Origin: Raillietiella orientalis
Taxonomy: Eukaryota
Reading direction: 5' to 3'
Assembly (NCBI GenBank): GCA_036172245.1
Contig: JAYWIR010000015.1
Location: 1,860,001 to 1,924,000 of the forward strand
Length of the DNA: 64,000 nucleotides
The number at the start of each line of letters is the position of its first letter. Positions within the stretch are counted from its first letter, which is position 1. The notes under the pieces are model-generated. The model searched no databases. It was not told the DNA's origin and worked only from the letters and a program-made list of their open reading frames with translations. The translations under genes were made by a program, and so were the position numbers. This document shows, piece after piece, positions 33,706 through 48,285 of the stretch.

Positions 33706-36700
33706 TGCTTAGGCGATCTTCGATTGTAGGGCTGGCCGAGGACGAACAGAGATGGTCGAAGGACGTCACCTGAGAGCCGCTTTGAAGGTCTGCGGAGGTA
33801 GACTCGCGCAAGCCATCTGACAAGTCACGTTTCCGAAAGAGAAGCGCATCTTTGCCGGAAGTGCGCGCTGTTCAAGGAATTCGTGGGTCAGCGGTCAGCA
33901 CCCCTCGTGAGCATCTTATCTTGCTCCTGATCTCCGTTACCGTACCATGTTGCCAAGGGACAGCGCTTGTGAGATGCTAGCTCGGCGCGGAACTTTCCCG
34001 CGATCTCGGCCGGAAACGTGCGGGTCCCTGCTGGGCGGATTCCGTCTTCAGCTCCGCGGTCACAGGGCACGAAAACAGCGACCGCTTCGCCGTGTCCCTG
34101 CTAGGGGAGGATGGGAGGGAGGGACTTACCGCTGTCTTTTTCCTCTCCTCCATGGAAATTTCCGGCCACGCCTTTTTTTACGGGGGAAGGGGGAGGGGGA
34201 AGCAAGCACAAGGCGGGTCACTGAGAAGCCGTTTGTTCGACCTCCACCAGGGTCTTCCTGGTAGCTGTTCTCTCCAGCAGCCACTCTCCTACAAATCCCC
34301 GCGTGATGACCGCGCTCGTGAGAGTCAGCGAAAGTCGGCGAAGAGTCAGCTGATGTGGCCTGTTCTTCCTCGACATGGGAGTTCACTGTATGCACGGAGT
34401 GAGGGGGTTGATGGAAGATGGTGGCTCCTTCGTGGACATCTTTGGCTTGAAGAACCAACTGCTCCTGGAAGCAATCTGGTTCCGCTGCATTCTCTGCCGA
34501 AGGAGGGTCTGAGCATCGGACCAAGAATCGGCGTTACCAGCCCATCCCTGTTTCGGGATGTGGATAAACGCCAACAGTTCCTGAACTCATTCAGTTCGGA
34601 TAAATAGGGATTTATCCCTGTCCGGTAATAACAGGAAAGCTCACATACTTGGGACAGCCAAGTTTCCGTCAGTGCTCCGTCCGCCTCAGGCCGTGTGGAC
34701 AGGTTTTCTGACAGTAGTAATCCTAGGTTCCCCCGCGCTTCCCTGAAACTCTCTCAACAGAAGCCCGTTCACGCTCCCAAGAAAACTTCGAACTGCATCA
34801 CGAGTGCTGGGAGTGACTCCACACTCTCGCCGCCACAAGGAATATCCATTTGAAGGATTATTCATCGTTTCCAGCAGTATACGGTTCCCCGAATTTCAAC
34901 CGATTCTTTCGCAGAGCTGCAGAACAGCCACCCTGTTCCCACCGCTGTGGCCTTTATGGACGCCGCTACTCAAGCCTGAACTCAAACTGGAGTCCGGGAC
35001 CACCGTTTTTCTGCTTTGCTTCCAACAAGTCTCTGGTCCTATTGAGCTCCGCTAATTTGCGGCCGTCTTTCGTAGCCAGAGTGAAGCCCTCCTTTGTATG
35101 TTGCCAGCACCTTTTATGAAAGAGATATGGATCAACAGATAGAGTAAATCAGCACGAATATCAAATGTACAGTTCTTATAGCAATTTTTCATCTTTGTGT
35201 TGAGGCAGCCGCGTGTGGCCTTTGGAAATTCCGAACAGGGAGTCTCCCTCTTTCAGCGAGGAACTAACATCATAAATACGATTAACACCATGAACACTTC
35301 TTTCACTCTTGTTAGTGTCTCTCCTGCAGATTTCATAATTCAGGCACACAGTCATCATTAAGTGAGTTCCCCTGACGAATGACCCTGCAGCACATGCCAG
35401 CATGCCTCCTGTGGCTGCTTCTCTCAGAAAAGAGCTCAAACTTGGAGGGTTTCAATATGACAAACTGGGGTACCAAGAATTCAGGATCAGATACAGGATC
35501 AAAATGCAAAATGCAAAAAAAAAAAAAAAAAAAAAAAAAAGAAACTATTCTTCCTTCCCTGGTTATGCGAATGGTTGCAAACAAATCCATGGGGAAAGTT
35601 GGTGGCAGTTTAACTACTCGAACAGTTGAAACGGTACATGCAGGAGGAAAAGGAATCACGACTGATCAAGAATCAGTTGAACAACATAACAGTTTAAGGG
35701 TACCGATGTTTCCTCTTAAAAGTCTCAAAATATCCTGTAGGAAAGCATACTGGCAACGGTGGCTGTGAGCAACACAATTCAGATGATCCGCTACCAGTAA
35801 AAGTTTATCATGAACGTTTAAAGAATAACTTGAAAAAAGGGATATTTGAGAAACATTGCGTATTTTCATGAAACATTCTAATCAGTTCTCTTTTACTCCA
35901 TTTGATAAAAGTCTTTTCTGTCACCAAAAATTTGCAAGATTGCACTTATCATCAAATGAATGAATTAAAATTTGGTCAGAAAATGAACGTTGTGCTGGCA
36001 ATCCTCACTCTTAATTAAGAATGGAACTGAGCAGAGTCACATGTTGGGTTTCCTCCTCGTGCTGATATGAAGGAGGAACGCAATGTCATTACATTACATC
36101 CGAAGCTTTGCTTCAAACCCCGTGGCATCAAGGAGCACATAAAAACATATGGCGACATGTGATGTAGGACTCACAGGAACGAAAGGATACGCTTGCTGCT
36201 TGCGTGCTCTTTCAAAGGACAATGTATACACATACACATATACATGCGTACACACATATATATGACGACAGAACGAATTAAACGACGAAGGGGCTCTAAG
36301 CAGAAATGGGTTCCATCTTTAAAAAACAAAAGGGATGGCGCTTTATTTCCCAGGAGGCAGGCCAAGCAGCTGAGGTGGAAGCCATCTTTCTGTCACTTCC
36401 AAATTCGCGCATTTTCATCTCCCCGAGAGCATCACCTGGAAGGAAGGATGCAGGCTGAAAACGAGACAAAATCGAACCTAGGAAGATACAGTGCGGGAAA
36501 ACTCGTGGAAAGGCGTTTCCAGGACGACTAGGGATGTCAGTACGCGCACTTTAAGCTCACTCGAGTACCTCTCTGATGCTCTCCGGAGCGATTCGTGATC
36601 GGCCGACGGGGGGCTCTCAAGCACAGAGACGATGAAGATGTGAAAGAATCCGGGAGGACCCCTCTTCCAGGTGTAAGCGCCGAGGGGACAATGAATTGCT

Positions 36701-39290
36701 CAGGCATTGTGGGTGGCTCCTAGGGAACTCACCAAGCTTGGGAGACAAAAAGGAGGCTGAGGAATCTGTGCATTGCTGACGAGCTTTCGGGTCCGAGGAT
36801 CTTCAGGCCTTTCGTAAGTCCCAGGATTCCTACGTTTCCCTTCTCCACCCTTTAGGATGCTTCAGTCCACTCATGATCCCTTAAATGTCTGTCAGTTTCG
36901 GGAAGTCGGAAAATCATTACTGAATTCTGCTTTGATGAAATAGTGCCGTTTGATCGTACTGAAGAGGTGACCTGCCTGTAGGTAAGACCGCGGATGTTCC
37001 AGCAGCCGAAGCACCACGATACAGGAAAAGTTCGATCGTGGCAAGACAAAATGCAAGAAAAATGGAAGCTTTCGAATGAACTGACAAGAGCCAAAATTGG
37101 CACGTAACAAAAAAAGGGAAACAGCAGGTCTCCATGGTGGAGATCCGGATGATGTGCTTGCAATGCGTTGCCTGTCACAGTCTCCGAAGGCATGAAACCA
37201 TCATTATTTCAGGCAGCACGAGTGAAACAGAATCCATACGGAGGATTCAAAGTGTAAAGACTGATGCAAAGGGTATGCAAATTAATTAAGGATCTTATGA
37301 TGACTAGAAATTTGGTTGGAACACCACAATTAATTTCAATGAGTCATGCATTAATTTGATTCTTTGCGCTTCCTAGCAAGAGACAGTTCGCCATTGAAGA
37401 GACCCCGAAAGGATGGTTTTTCATTATAGCGGAGGGAATGTAAATCTAATCATCAATCTTTATCATTCATTTTAATCAGTCATGTACCATTTGAATTGCG
37501 CATTCCAGAATACATCTAGCATTTGAGATTAATACATTAGTCAGGTTCCATTTTGCTGATGATGCAGTAACATATTCTTATGATTGATGGCATGGTATCC
37601 GTGAAACGCATCCCAAGCAGCGAAAAACGTGTAGCTTTCTGCACATTTCATTTGCTGTTCTACTTGCTTGTTCTATTCCTCGCATGCTATCTACGAAAAG
37701 CAGACGGTAGAGCTCTGGTTTACGTATAAACACGTGTGGCACCATACAGCCGGAAACTGCTTTGAACTGTTTGTCTCGGTTGTCTTTCCATGAGATGGGA
37801 GGGGTCACGTTAGCGGTCGGACAATTCCATGGCAAAGTCTTTGATCCAACGTTCAGGTCAAGCAAAAATGCAAGGTCAATGCAATCTTAGATGGAAAGCG
37901 TGGAAAATCAGTGATCTGGCATTTAGAAATTTAAGCCAATTTGAACGTAAAAATGATGCTTTTGGATGGCTAGATTGGAAGAAAGAAGCATTAGATAAAC
38001 TAGAACTTCATTCTTTAATATATGTGATTTGCTCTCTCCGTACATATGATCAAGCGTGTGATCAGTAATATTTTCTAAATCATACATAAGGATGCGGACT
38101 GATGATTTCTGATTAAAAAAAATAAAGCGCACGTGACTCCATGACATCGTTGAAATGCTTTCTGGGATCCTGGAATGCCGATTGGGCACGAAATGAATCA
38201 GAATATCGGAAACTTGTCCGTACATTATCAAGATGCTATCTTATTCTTATCTAGGGTTCCAATGAAAAAATTCTTAGCAGCTCAGCATCGTCTTGAGATA
38301 CTTGGGCATGATATCTGTAAACTGTTTTTCGCATCTGGCGTTGGATCGAATCTGAAAATCAGGTTCTCAGTTATCCGAACTCACGTTCACTTCTTTGAGA
38401 TGCATGGAACCAGATGTTTCTCAGGGGCCATTCGTCGAATATAGTCTTATCTGAGTTACATTCCGAGTACAATGCAGAGTGCTACACAGATACTCGGCAA
38501 AGACAAAATAAATACACCAAGCAAACTAAGTAAATACGATTCCGGGTCAAGCGGGCACTGCCTCGAGGAATCAGAAGTGGTGAAATTTACAAGAAAAAAG
38601 GAAACGGCGCTCGTCAGCCAACATCATCGGTTCAAAATTTGGCACTCGCAGAGGTCCCCGAAGAATCGTACTTTTTTTTTTTTTTCCAGCAATGAAACCT
38701 AGCAGCTCCGACAGAAGCAACTATACCATAGGAATAAGAAATCATGCAAGACCAAGCAGGCCTGGATACCTCCGCAACTGACAGATATTTTGATATCTCG
38801 ATGGATGCATAATAATGATAATAGGGTAGCAGATTAGCATGTCTATAATTGGATAGTAAAATGGATCCTGCGCCTAATACGTGAAAACGATTTTTGAAGC
38901 AGATTTGTGAAGTATTTCTTGCCTGCCCTGAAGCTGCAGCACTTCAGGCTTCTTCATAACCGATGCACCTCTGAAATTCACCCTCCTCAATTTGTTTTTT
39001 TCGATTTTCTAATTATCCCGAATCCCAATCGGATTTCCAATTGACAGATCGATGGCATAAGAGACGTTTTCCTCCCCTCTCTTTAAATCACTTATATTCA
39101 AAGAAAAAACTTTTATTGCTGCCTCGATTTATCGGGAAAGCTCTCGAAGTCAAGTGCTCCCCAGACCTGCGCTCTCACGTAACGGTTGCCACCATTCTGT
39201 TTTTCTTCATGGACGTCTTCACTGAGAATGCCGCCGCCATCCGGTTCTTTCCATGTGGCAACATCCGGTTCTGCCAACGGCACCCTCGCT

Positions 39291-39332
39291 CTGGGACCAG
39301 CACTGGAACCAGCACTGGAACCAGCACTGGAA
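39291..39332. repeat. 12-bp minisatellite (CTGGAACCAGCA) x ~3.5
   Basis: Direct tandem repeat visible in the sequence. Confidence 0.9.
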
Positions 39333-40635
39333 GGCCGTCGGAAGTGACGTCAGCAATCAATCTTCTAATCTCCTAATGACCACCGGGCCATTGTACGTCA
39401 TCGCAAAGTCAAAGCGGCTCTCACCGCTGGAGTTTGCCGGTCCACAGATAGAAAGCGTACTTCGAAAATTGCTTGGAGCGAAATGGCAAGATGAGGTATA
39501 GCCGGGTACGTGATGGCGACTAAGAACTGACGGAGAGGGTTCGACGGACCACTCTGAGGTCACCGTAGGAAATCCCTAGCTGTAAGAAGCTTCAAGAGTT
39601 GAGAAAAAGCAGCCCTGTGAAGACTCTGCCACAGCAACCGAGGACTTCTGTGGCTTTGTTTGTTCACAAACCAAGCGGTAAAGAAAACCCGGAGAACTTC
39701 CCTTTGCTGGACCCGTCTTTCGTTAGGAAACGGTTCCGCACATCCTACATCTGGATGCCGACATCCTGCTGCCTCCCTGGCTGGAAAGGGTGGTTTCCCT
39801 GAGGAGGAACGGTCTACCGCCTTTCCTCCTCACACGGATGCGACATGCGTTCGGATCGTGCATTTTCGGAGGACGACGCCACCACGCGCGCGTGCAGAAA
39901 TCCTAGCAAGACTTTCAGCACGGTGGGTTTTTCGAATTTTTCGCATCCCCGCGTCCCCTTTTTCAGCTGGGGTCGTTCCCGCGATTCCTGCGGAACCTTC
40001 CGCAGTCGATGTGCCTGGCCGTGAGCCGTTTGCCACTCTGAGATTCGGCTGCGTCCCCGCCGAACGATTTCCTTCCCGGGTGGGAGTCGCATCCAACCCG
40101 TCTTCGCGGCCTCCGGCCAAGACCCACCTCGCCCCCCGGCGCCGTCTTTTACCGCGAACGGGATTGCGTGGAGCGGGGACGGCACTTCCTTGCGAATGCT
40201 CAGCTCCCACGTACGATGATGCCTGCTGCAGAAATCGCGAGGAGCCGTGGTACCCGAATACCCGTCCCGTATTTATTGGTTCCCGTGAGATCGCAGGCTG
40301 CAGGAAGTCGTTCGCTTGTACACACGTGGAAACTTGTCGCGTATTGCCCAATGTGTACAGTAGGCAAGCGCGCAACCTGACATCAATTCTTTGCGTTCGG
40401 CGAAGATTCATTGCTGTTTCATTCACAGCTTTTGCCAAATCCCGGGACATGAGAGCGCTGGTCCGGATGTCCTTGCGAATTGCAACAGTGATCTTAGAAT
40501 CCCGCTTGCGGACACGTTGAGCTGCAGAGCGGCGATCCGTGTTTTTTTCCAACGGAACATGTGTTTCACGGGAATGGTGGTGTAGACAACGTGCTCCTTA
40601 ATCATCCCAAGAAAATGGGCTAATCCGACCCTGGA

Positions 40636-40735
40636 ATGGAAATTGCTGAAATTGGAAATGCGTGCCGGTTGGTCTGCGTTGTGGTCATCTACTCGTGTGC
40701 CGGTCTTTGCTACAAGACCACTGACTTTTTTCACG
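40636..40735 (+). CDS. dpr/zig-8-like two-Ig protein, putative coding exon 1 (signal peptide)
   Basis: ATG...MEIAEIGNACRLVCVVVIYSCAGLCYKTTDFFH with a hydrophobic core; donor G|GTAAG in phase 1, matching exon 2. Confidence 0.65.
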
Positions 40736-43492
40736 GTAAGCAAGGATCTTGTGAAAATCCGGGGGTCAGATTTTACCGGCGCTTGCGAAACCGAGAGCAC
40801 CCAGGAAAGCTCGTGACCTTGGAAACGGGGTCTCTTTGCCAGCCGAATTGGCACCGAAGCCACCCGCATCTCATTTGGTTCCAATCATCCGACGACACCG
40901 GAAGTTTTCTTCTTCTTTTTTTTTTTTCTCTTGAAAACGGTCTTTTGGACGTATGATCGATCTCCCTTCTTTGAGCCTCGGCACACCTCATCCCACTCGG
41001 CTCATCTTTTAGGTCGAATACACGTGTGTGCTCGAGACCTGAGATTACGATCTGTGACACGCCCTGAACATCCAAGGCACCCCACCCACTTCGTTGTCCT
41101 TCCCTTGTTCCTCGCACTTTTTCATTCTGGCGTTCGTCCCTTTTCCAAGAAAGCTAAAACAAAAGCGGAAACATCGTTAACGGAAGCGGAAGCCTCAAAC
41201 AATGAGCGGAAATGATCGAGAAGAAAAGAAAGAAAGAAAAAAAACGGGAAGGTCATCAAAGGGAAGGGGGCATAAAACTTCTTAAAAGGGAACGAGGGCT
41301 CGTACGTGTTCGTTTTAGCGATGACTGGAGCTCTGCTCCTCGGGACGCGCCACAGAGACCACCTCCGGAAACGAGGCTCGCGTGGGTTCCTCGGCGTGGC
41401 TCGCGGTGCGCCTGGAGCCACTCGCCCTTTCCTCCCTGCCCGCCACCGCGATCCCCCGACCGCGTCCCGTGCAGGTGTCCACGCAGGCGATCCCGGCTCG
41501 CAAGCCGGGAATCACCTCTCCTCTCCCGGCTTCCCGCTTCCGCCGCTAGGGGCGACGCGCGGCGGCGGAACGCGCGCACACCTAACGCGCGGACGACTCC
41601 AATCAGGGCTACCAGCTCCGGGAGAACGCGGAACCGCTCGACGAGACGGATCGTTTGATGCCGTAGCTGCTGTTTTTCCTCCTCTGCGAAATTGGAATTT
41701 TCAAGACAAATTGCCGCGTCTGAGTGACGTTCGTGCTTAATTGTACAAGTAGAGACTCTATTCAGGAGACGAAGCCAACGACAGCTCCACATAAATGAAT
41801 CACAGCAGCGTTTCCCGCGTGGAAAAGTTCGGGATAATCACCGAATTCTTATCCCTCTCGATCATCGAGAAACTTAGGAGACCAATCTGGATTCTGTCTG
41901 TTGGTCGAACTCCGTCACGCTGAAGTGCTTCTTACCCACTCTTCCCCTAATCGAGCGTTTTCTTCGCCAAGACACGGGAATGGATGAAAGGCTGTTCAGC
42001 TCGTAAGAAGTGGGGGAGAAAACGAGGAACTCATCCTGGGTGGGAACGCTTGGGGCTCACTTAAAGGGAGGGCTGACAGGAGGCGAATAAAGTCAACGTG
42101 ACCCAAACCGGGGTTCCTCATCCACGAGAAGCCCCAACTCTTGGGCGGAGAAAAACCTCGGCCCACCGCTTGGTTCAAGGAAGATGAGAGCATTGCAAAG
42201 ATGAGGAGAGGAGAGGAGAACGTAGGAATGCTGGCAGAGATGCCGCGTGTTGAAAAACCGCAGTAGAATGCGGTCGCTTTGGTTACGAACGGTGACGGAC
42301 GCAGGAAGTGTCCCGCCGTTGGAACGAACGAAGGATTGCAGCGTCAACACACTTGCGAACACACACACAAGCGTGGCACATTCACGCGCGCGTGCGTTCT
42401 GCTGCCTTCGTTGCTTGGAGTACTCGAGAGATGGTTTCTGATTTGACTGCACTTACAGTGGGTAGCATACGGCACGAGTCGGTCCCGGAATCTCCTGGGC
42501 AGTCCCCCTTCTCCCCCCCCCCACACCAGAAAACGCTCCCACTGGAACCAAAAACAGATCGTGCGGTGCTTGAGTTCATCTCTCCCAGCAAACGAGCCCC
42601 TGAGGGTGTCCGCGATGCACGCAGATGCGAACCGACAGGCGGACGCACCTTTGCGAATTCGTTTTGCTGCTGTCTCGGTTGCCGTCCTTTGGGATGAAGC
42701 AGCTCGTCGTGGATCCAGTTTTTCCCTCCTACAAAGCAAGAAAACTCCCAGTTTTTGCCCTGGGGTGCTTCCTCCTTCCCGCCCTCCCCCTCTCTCGAAA
42801 TCAGAGTCTTGATCCCGATGGATGCTGTTTGCTCCGATAAAAGTCCTGCTGCCAGAAGCTCGCCTTGCAAAGCAGTGGAAACGCTGGAATGTGGCTGGGG
42901 GGCCAGAATGGAGTGCGTCCCGGCCACAAACGACTTGAGGTTCCTCCCAGTTATCTGCTAAGAGTTCGAGCAATCATTCCCAGCATTCCTTCCTTGGAAA
43001 CCTGCGAGCTGCATCTGCAAGAGGAGATCCACGGGTGCTTGATTTATATTCGGCCTCTTCATTTTCTGTGTATGTTCGTCGCCACTGTACTCCTGAGCGG
43101 TTTCCCAGGGTACCCTGGGTTTGAGAAATATCCTCCGCTGAATTTCCATGCTTTCATCCCAATTGCGCATCCATCTCTCTGTTGATTTTCAGCGTAGAAA
43201 TTATCTCGGTCATTTCTGAAATTCCATGCATGACGAATGGGAGCTTTTTCTTCGGGCAGACATCGAGTATTTGTCCACTGTCCAACAGAGTGAATACGAC
43301 CACCTGAAAAACTCGGCAATGCATCATTGGATGCTTTGCAGCCGCGTGTCTCGCCGAAGCGCAGCCCTCAAATCAAAGCACACCAAAAAAAAAAGTGTTC
43401 TTTTTTTTTTTTTTTCCTAGCAAATTCATCAATGATGAAGAAGTTACATCGGTGACGCAGAAGTGTCAGGGCAAACTTTTCTTTCACGTCTT

Positions 43493-43525
<33 letters not shown>

Positions 43526-45722
43526 GCTATGAATGTGAAAGCGGGCACGACCCTCGACGTGGACGGTTTTATTATCCAGTCGAGTGATGTTTCTGGGGAC
43601 TTGAAATATCACCTTCTGTTAGCTGCTTGAAGTCTCATGAAGACGTTGGTACCGTACAGAATATTTGTAGAAATTCCACGAAAACAGGAAAAGGAAATCC
43701 CCTTCCGAATGAGTATAGGGTTCAAACCAGATATCGGCAGCTCTGCAGCAGGGCCAAGGGCTAGACAAGCCGTGTTTTCAGCTTCCAATGGAGGATCAAA
43801 CCTCTTCGTTTGCAAAATCTCACACAGGATGCTTTACGCGATTCCATCTTCACTATAGAGACGACCTCGAAATCAGCCCTTAACTATGCATTTTTCTTTT
43901 TTTCGGAACCATTCGCGTAGGAAGCGGATGACCATCTCAGACGCACCAAGTAGGAAATTGCAGCAGCCTGCATTCAAACCAACTAACCGCTCTCCATACC
44001 AACAAAAAGCCAAAATATCAATTCACTGACCGTGCTCCTTTCGCTCTCCTGGATGGCAGGCTGTCCCGTTTCCTGCATCCTTAACAGCGACAAAGTTTGC
44101 CTCATGTGTCTTGCATGCGATGCACGCGCTCACCACTGTTATCCACCTCATAAACAGCCGAAGACAATAAACCGCTGCTGCAACGCTCTGGACCTGTTCT
44201 GTGCTCCTGTTCCCTGTTTTCCTTCCCTTAATGGCCGTTCTTACCTGAAGAATATTCCTGTAACTATGTGCTGAAGACAGGGATGTGAACTGGCAGCTCT
44301 CTCTCAATCCATCACTCTCGAAACCGCAGCTATGATTTTCCAGCGCTGCTCGTGCACGGTGCATCTCCTTCTTGGCGGCTCATTTTTCCCTCAAACCGAA
44401 TGAGAAATTGAACTTCCAGTGGCTGCCTCGAAATCTCTTCACTGATTTCTTGAGTTACTTTTTCTCGGGGCAGAGGGGGAGGGAGGAACAGAATAAACGG
44501 TGGTTGCAAACATTGGAAACACTGGATTTGCGTGCGCTTCCTTCCCTACGGTGTGCCCAAATCATGACGTGCATCAGCGACACAGCAAGTAAAAAGACGT
44601 CGCTACTTTTGCAAAGGGCATGCAGGGGGGGTCTGTGAAAGCACTGTACCCGCGATGGTCCATAGGAAGGACATTTCTTTGCAGCTTCCCTGCTTGCCGA
44701 AATTTTCGAGCTTCCTCAGCACTGCGTGCTCTGGGACACTTGTTCCTTCCTTCATGTGCTCGCGTTTATCGTTGCACCATGGTGATTTCCACTTCCGTTA
44801 TCTCTTACGCAAGTCGGCAACCATCTTTCTGTTAGACCGCTAGGAAATGAAGCGCTGGCCCCTAAAAGGGACATGGGTAACCTCCGTGCAATCTGGGTGT
44901 TTCTCTTTCGCAAATCTTGCTTCTGCTTTCATTGCACTCAAATGGTTCAGCACGTACCCTTGTGGTTGCCATTTCCGAATGCACTAAGTCACGGTGATTT
45001 TCATATCGATATTTTGGAGGATGCTGTGAAAACTCGGACTCATGGCCATCCTCCTGGTCCCGAAATGAACGAGAGCAAGGTCGATTTTCGCTCGCATGGG
45101 GGCGGCACGACACCAGAAGCATTTCTTTTTGCCCTGTTGACTGGCAGCAATTTGGAAAAGCGAGCTTTCTAATGTGTGCGACGATGTCCTCGTTCTGTAT
45201 TGCTAACAAGGAAGCACTCGTTGCTAAGTGCATCCCGGAAATTCCATCCGATGCTGATGACCCATTCGGAAAATTCACGCTCCACGCGAATTCTTTCGGA
45301 AGGCACTGAGGGTGCTGTAATGATGGTGGAAAGATCCATGTGATAGGAAAAGGTCTGTGCACTCCTCCACGGGTGAGAGCGGAAGATCTCCAAAGATCAG
45401 CTCCCTCTCGCATGGGGTGGTCTTTAAGATAGGCAGGAAGTATTCTCCGGAAAAATTTTCTCGGGAGAAGCTCGCTTTGCTCCACGATTCGGCTTTGGGA
45501 ATTTCATCTGCACCTCCGCTCGTCGCTGGTGGACCGATCTCCACGTTTTCACCGTCCGGTAAAGACGCAACTATGGTTCCTACGCCCGTCTGGAATGGTC
45601 CGCCCAGCTTCTTGCACTTCTCTTGTTCGATGGAGCTTTCCTTCACCTGAGTTTCATTTCTCGCTCGAAGTAACTGCAGCGGATCGATGCCCATCCGTTG
45701 CGAGTTTCACTGCAGCTCAGAC

Positions 45723-46300
45723 TTTTTTTTTTTTGGTTCGCTAAGAACAACCGTTCGACTACCTGAGAAGGGGGGGGGGGGTCATGAAGCTCTTTAAGAC
45801 TGCCCACATCACCCGCGGTTGCATGTAACTCTTAAAGTTAAAGGGGTGATCCGGAAGGCTCCGGAAGAAGGGATCCGTTGCTCTCACGCCTGGTCTGACT
45901 ATCTCCCAAGGGAACGCCCGAGGGAACTTTTTTCTCATTCTCTCTGAAGGCGTTCCCCAGAGTGGGACGCTTTTCTAAAGAGAATCCCGAAGGGACGCTT
46001 CCAAATTTCTCGAAAGGGATCATCGCGCTTCTGAAGCTCTGGAGAGGCAACCCCCCGAGGGGATTAAAACCACCTTTATGGTACGAGATGGAGGGATCCT
46101 CTCCGTAGGAGGGGATGCCTCCATCTCCGCAACAACCGGAGGGGGAGCCTCGGAGAGAAGCAGGTCCTCGATTCCCGGAAGGACACCGGAGTGTCATCTT
46201 CCGATCCCGGAGGCCAGTCGGTGGTGAGATCCCAGACTTCAGCGGTGACTCGACTGCGACAAGGCGCGCGCTTACCACGCGGACGCCAGTCATTCGCGGT
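45723..46300 (-). mobile_element. Structured SINE-like element, copy 5 (diverged head, ends at A12)
   Basis: Body colinear with copy 3 (GGAAGCGTCCCTTCGGG, GCGTGAGAG.AACGGA, CTTAGCGAACC-An). Lies in intron 1 of the Ig gene. Confidence 0.8.
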
Positions 46301-47098
46301 CTTTTCCCTGCTCTGCTTGGCGAGGCGAAGCGGCCAAAGAAGGTGTCTGCTCTTCATCCGCATGGACCTCGGAACTCTGCAGGCGCAGTGATCGCAGCAG
46401 AGCAGCTCCTGCAAAGGAGAACATTACGATGTCCAGCGCACTGGCCGCGAAGCTGCTGCAATCTTTCATCTGGAGCCTTGACGGTTCAGGGCTTGGTACA
46501 GTATGGCTCGAGTTTCGGCTGCAGCAGAATCCTTGAGATCTGTACCAGTCAAAGGAATGGGAAGATGCTCATCTCTGATGCGCATTTTCCGAATATGCGC
46601 ACTGTGAGACGAAAAAATGGCTTCGGATCACTCGCTCGATGACCTCAAAAGATGGCGCTTTGCTACGCGCTTCCATTCCTCCAGTCCTCGCACCCTTCAG
46701 CTTTCTCACACGGTGCCGAATTGCCCCAATCGGAAATAGCAGGAGGAACACCGTTGAGGAAGAAGCGATCTGCTTAGGGGTGAAGGAGGAAGTTTGTAGA
46801 CTCGCAGCTGCCAGAGCTTCCGAACGCTAGAACCCGCTGTTGCCTCGAAACCTCATCGTCAATCGGAACACCGGCGGTGCAACGCTTTCCGCGATCCCCG
46901 TTGTTACGAAACTCGGCCGCCCTTCGATGCGCGTCTCATGCGAGATGACGAGCAAGGGGCAGCCTCGCAATCTTTGCTCCCGTAGGGGTCTGCCTTTTCC
47001 GGTGAGTTGGACTGTTTGTATAAGAGGGTGAGTTCAGTCCTTTGAAAATTTCGGAGGTCTCCGAAATCCAATGTACGGATCAGAGGATTTCCTTCCAG

Positions 47099-47283
47099 AC
47101 CTGAAGGAGGCAAACATCACCTCGGTGGACAGGCTGCTGCATCACAATGAGGATTTCTACCTCCAGTTCGGTTTGTCCAAGGACGAAGTCCACTTCGACA
47201 ATCCGAACGTGTCCACGTTGATTGGGTACCTCCACGGTGAAGTCTGCCTGCACTGCATTGTCAGGAACCTCGGATCGAACGTG
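47099..47283 (+). CDS. dpr/zig-8-like protein exon 2 (start of Ig1)
   Basis: Acceptor TTTCCTTCCAG, donor GTAAGT. Encodes HFDNPNVSTLIGYLHGEVCLHCIVRNLGSNV, matching the dpr pattern FD.....L.C.V.NLG.. Confidence 0.9.
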
Positions 47284-47392
47284 GTAAGTGATTTCTGCAC
47301 TTCTTTCTCGTTTCGCCTCTTTTTTTTTAAAAAAAAAAAAAAAGGCTAGTAGGGACCTATCGGGAAGATCTCATCGGGTCACTACTGGCTTA

Positions 47393-48285
47393 CCACCCGA
47401 TTATGCCGGGGCATTTCTTAAGTAATAAAAGTACATTGGTGTGGTAGGACCTTTGGTTCTACCACGTGCAATGAATCTGCCGAAAGCCGGTTCGCAGACT
47501 GGCGAGGTCCACTTCGGCAGCGTGGGGGAAGGGTGGGGAAAAATAAACACACAAAACCTGGGTGGGAAAATTTTACACGGGGAGGGGGGAGACCGAGGAA
47601 GGGATCACAGTACGCTGCTAAGCTGCCCGACGTCTCCGGCATCCTGTTCAGGATGCTGACAAGTTCCGTCCATATGGAGCCCAGGTGGGACCGTTTCGAG
47701 GCAGTCTTCAGGAAGATCCGTGCCCAGAGGATGGTGTACCTGTCATTTCGCCATCTTTTTCTGGCATTCCAGGCCCCCGTGATCCCACAGAGACAGCAGG
47801 GAACTGCGAGAAACGCGGCTGGCGGCAGCGCGGCACGCACGAAGAGGTGTTTCATGATGTCCCTGGGGCCGCCCGCCGGGATTTCTAAAATGGTCGCGAG
47901 GCGATCCCAAAGGGGCCAGAAGGTGGCACAATCCAACAGCAGGTGCGAGAGGGCGTCCTTCCCGCACCTGCCACACTGAACGTCCACGCTCCCTCGTGTC
48001 CAATGGTGAAGGTGCGCTTTGCACGGGATTCCTCCGTGCACCACCAGCAATGCCAACTCCTCCTGCTACTTGAAGAAGGGGAGGAGCCACTGTCCCAGCA
48101 CGCTGGGAGCCACTTCACCTCCGGAGGGACGCCGAGCAGCTCTCCCCAGCGTACAAGCTTGGGGCAGGATAACTCGGAGTCACTTCTTGAAATGAAAAAC
48201 TTCCATTCGCCTGGAAGTTTCGCCCTTGCTGCTGCTGTGCAGAACGTCCCTTTCCACCTTGCCGGCATCACGCTGTCCCTCGCTT
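47393..48285 (-). mobile_element. 5'-truncated LINE copy inside SINE copy 6 (same orientation)
   Basis: LLVVHGGIPCKAHLHHWTRG..QCGRCGKDALSHLLLDC; 3'UTR hairpins; terminal AAATGCCCCGGCATAATCGGGTG. Confidence 0.88.

Noticed and set aside
39291..39332. CRISPR-like repeat
   Set aside because: Contiguous 12-bp units with no spacers, in a eukaryotic intron-exon context.
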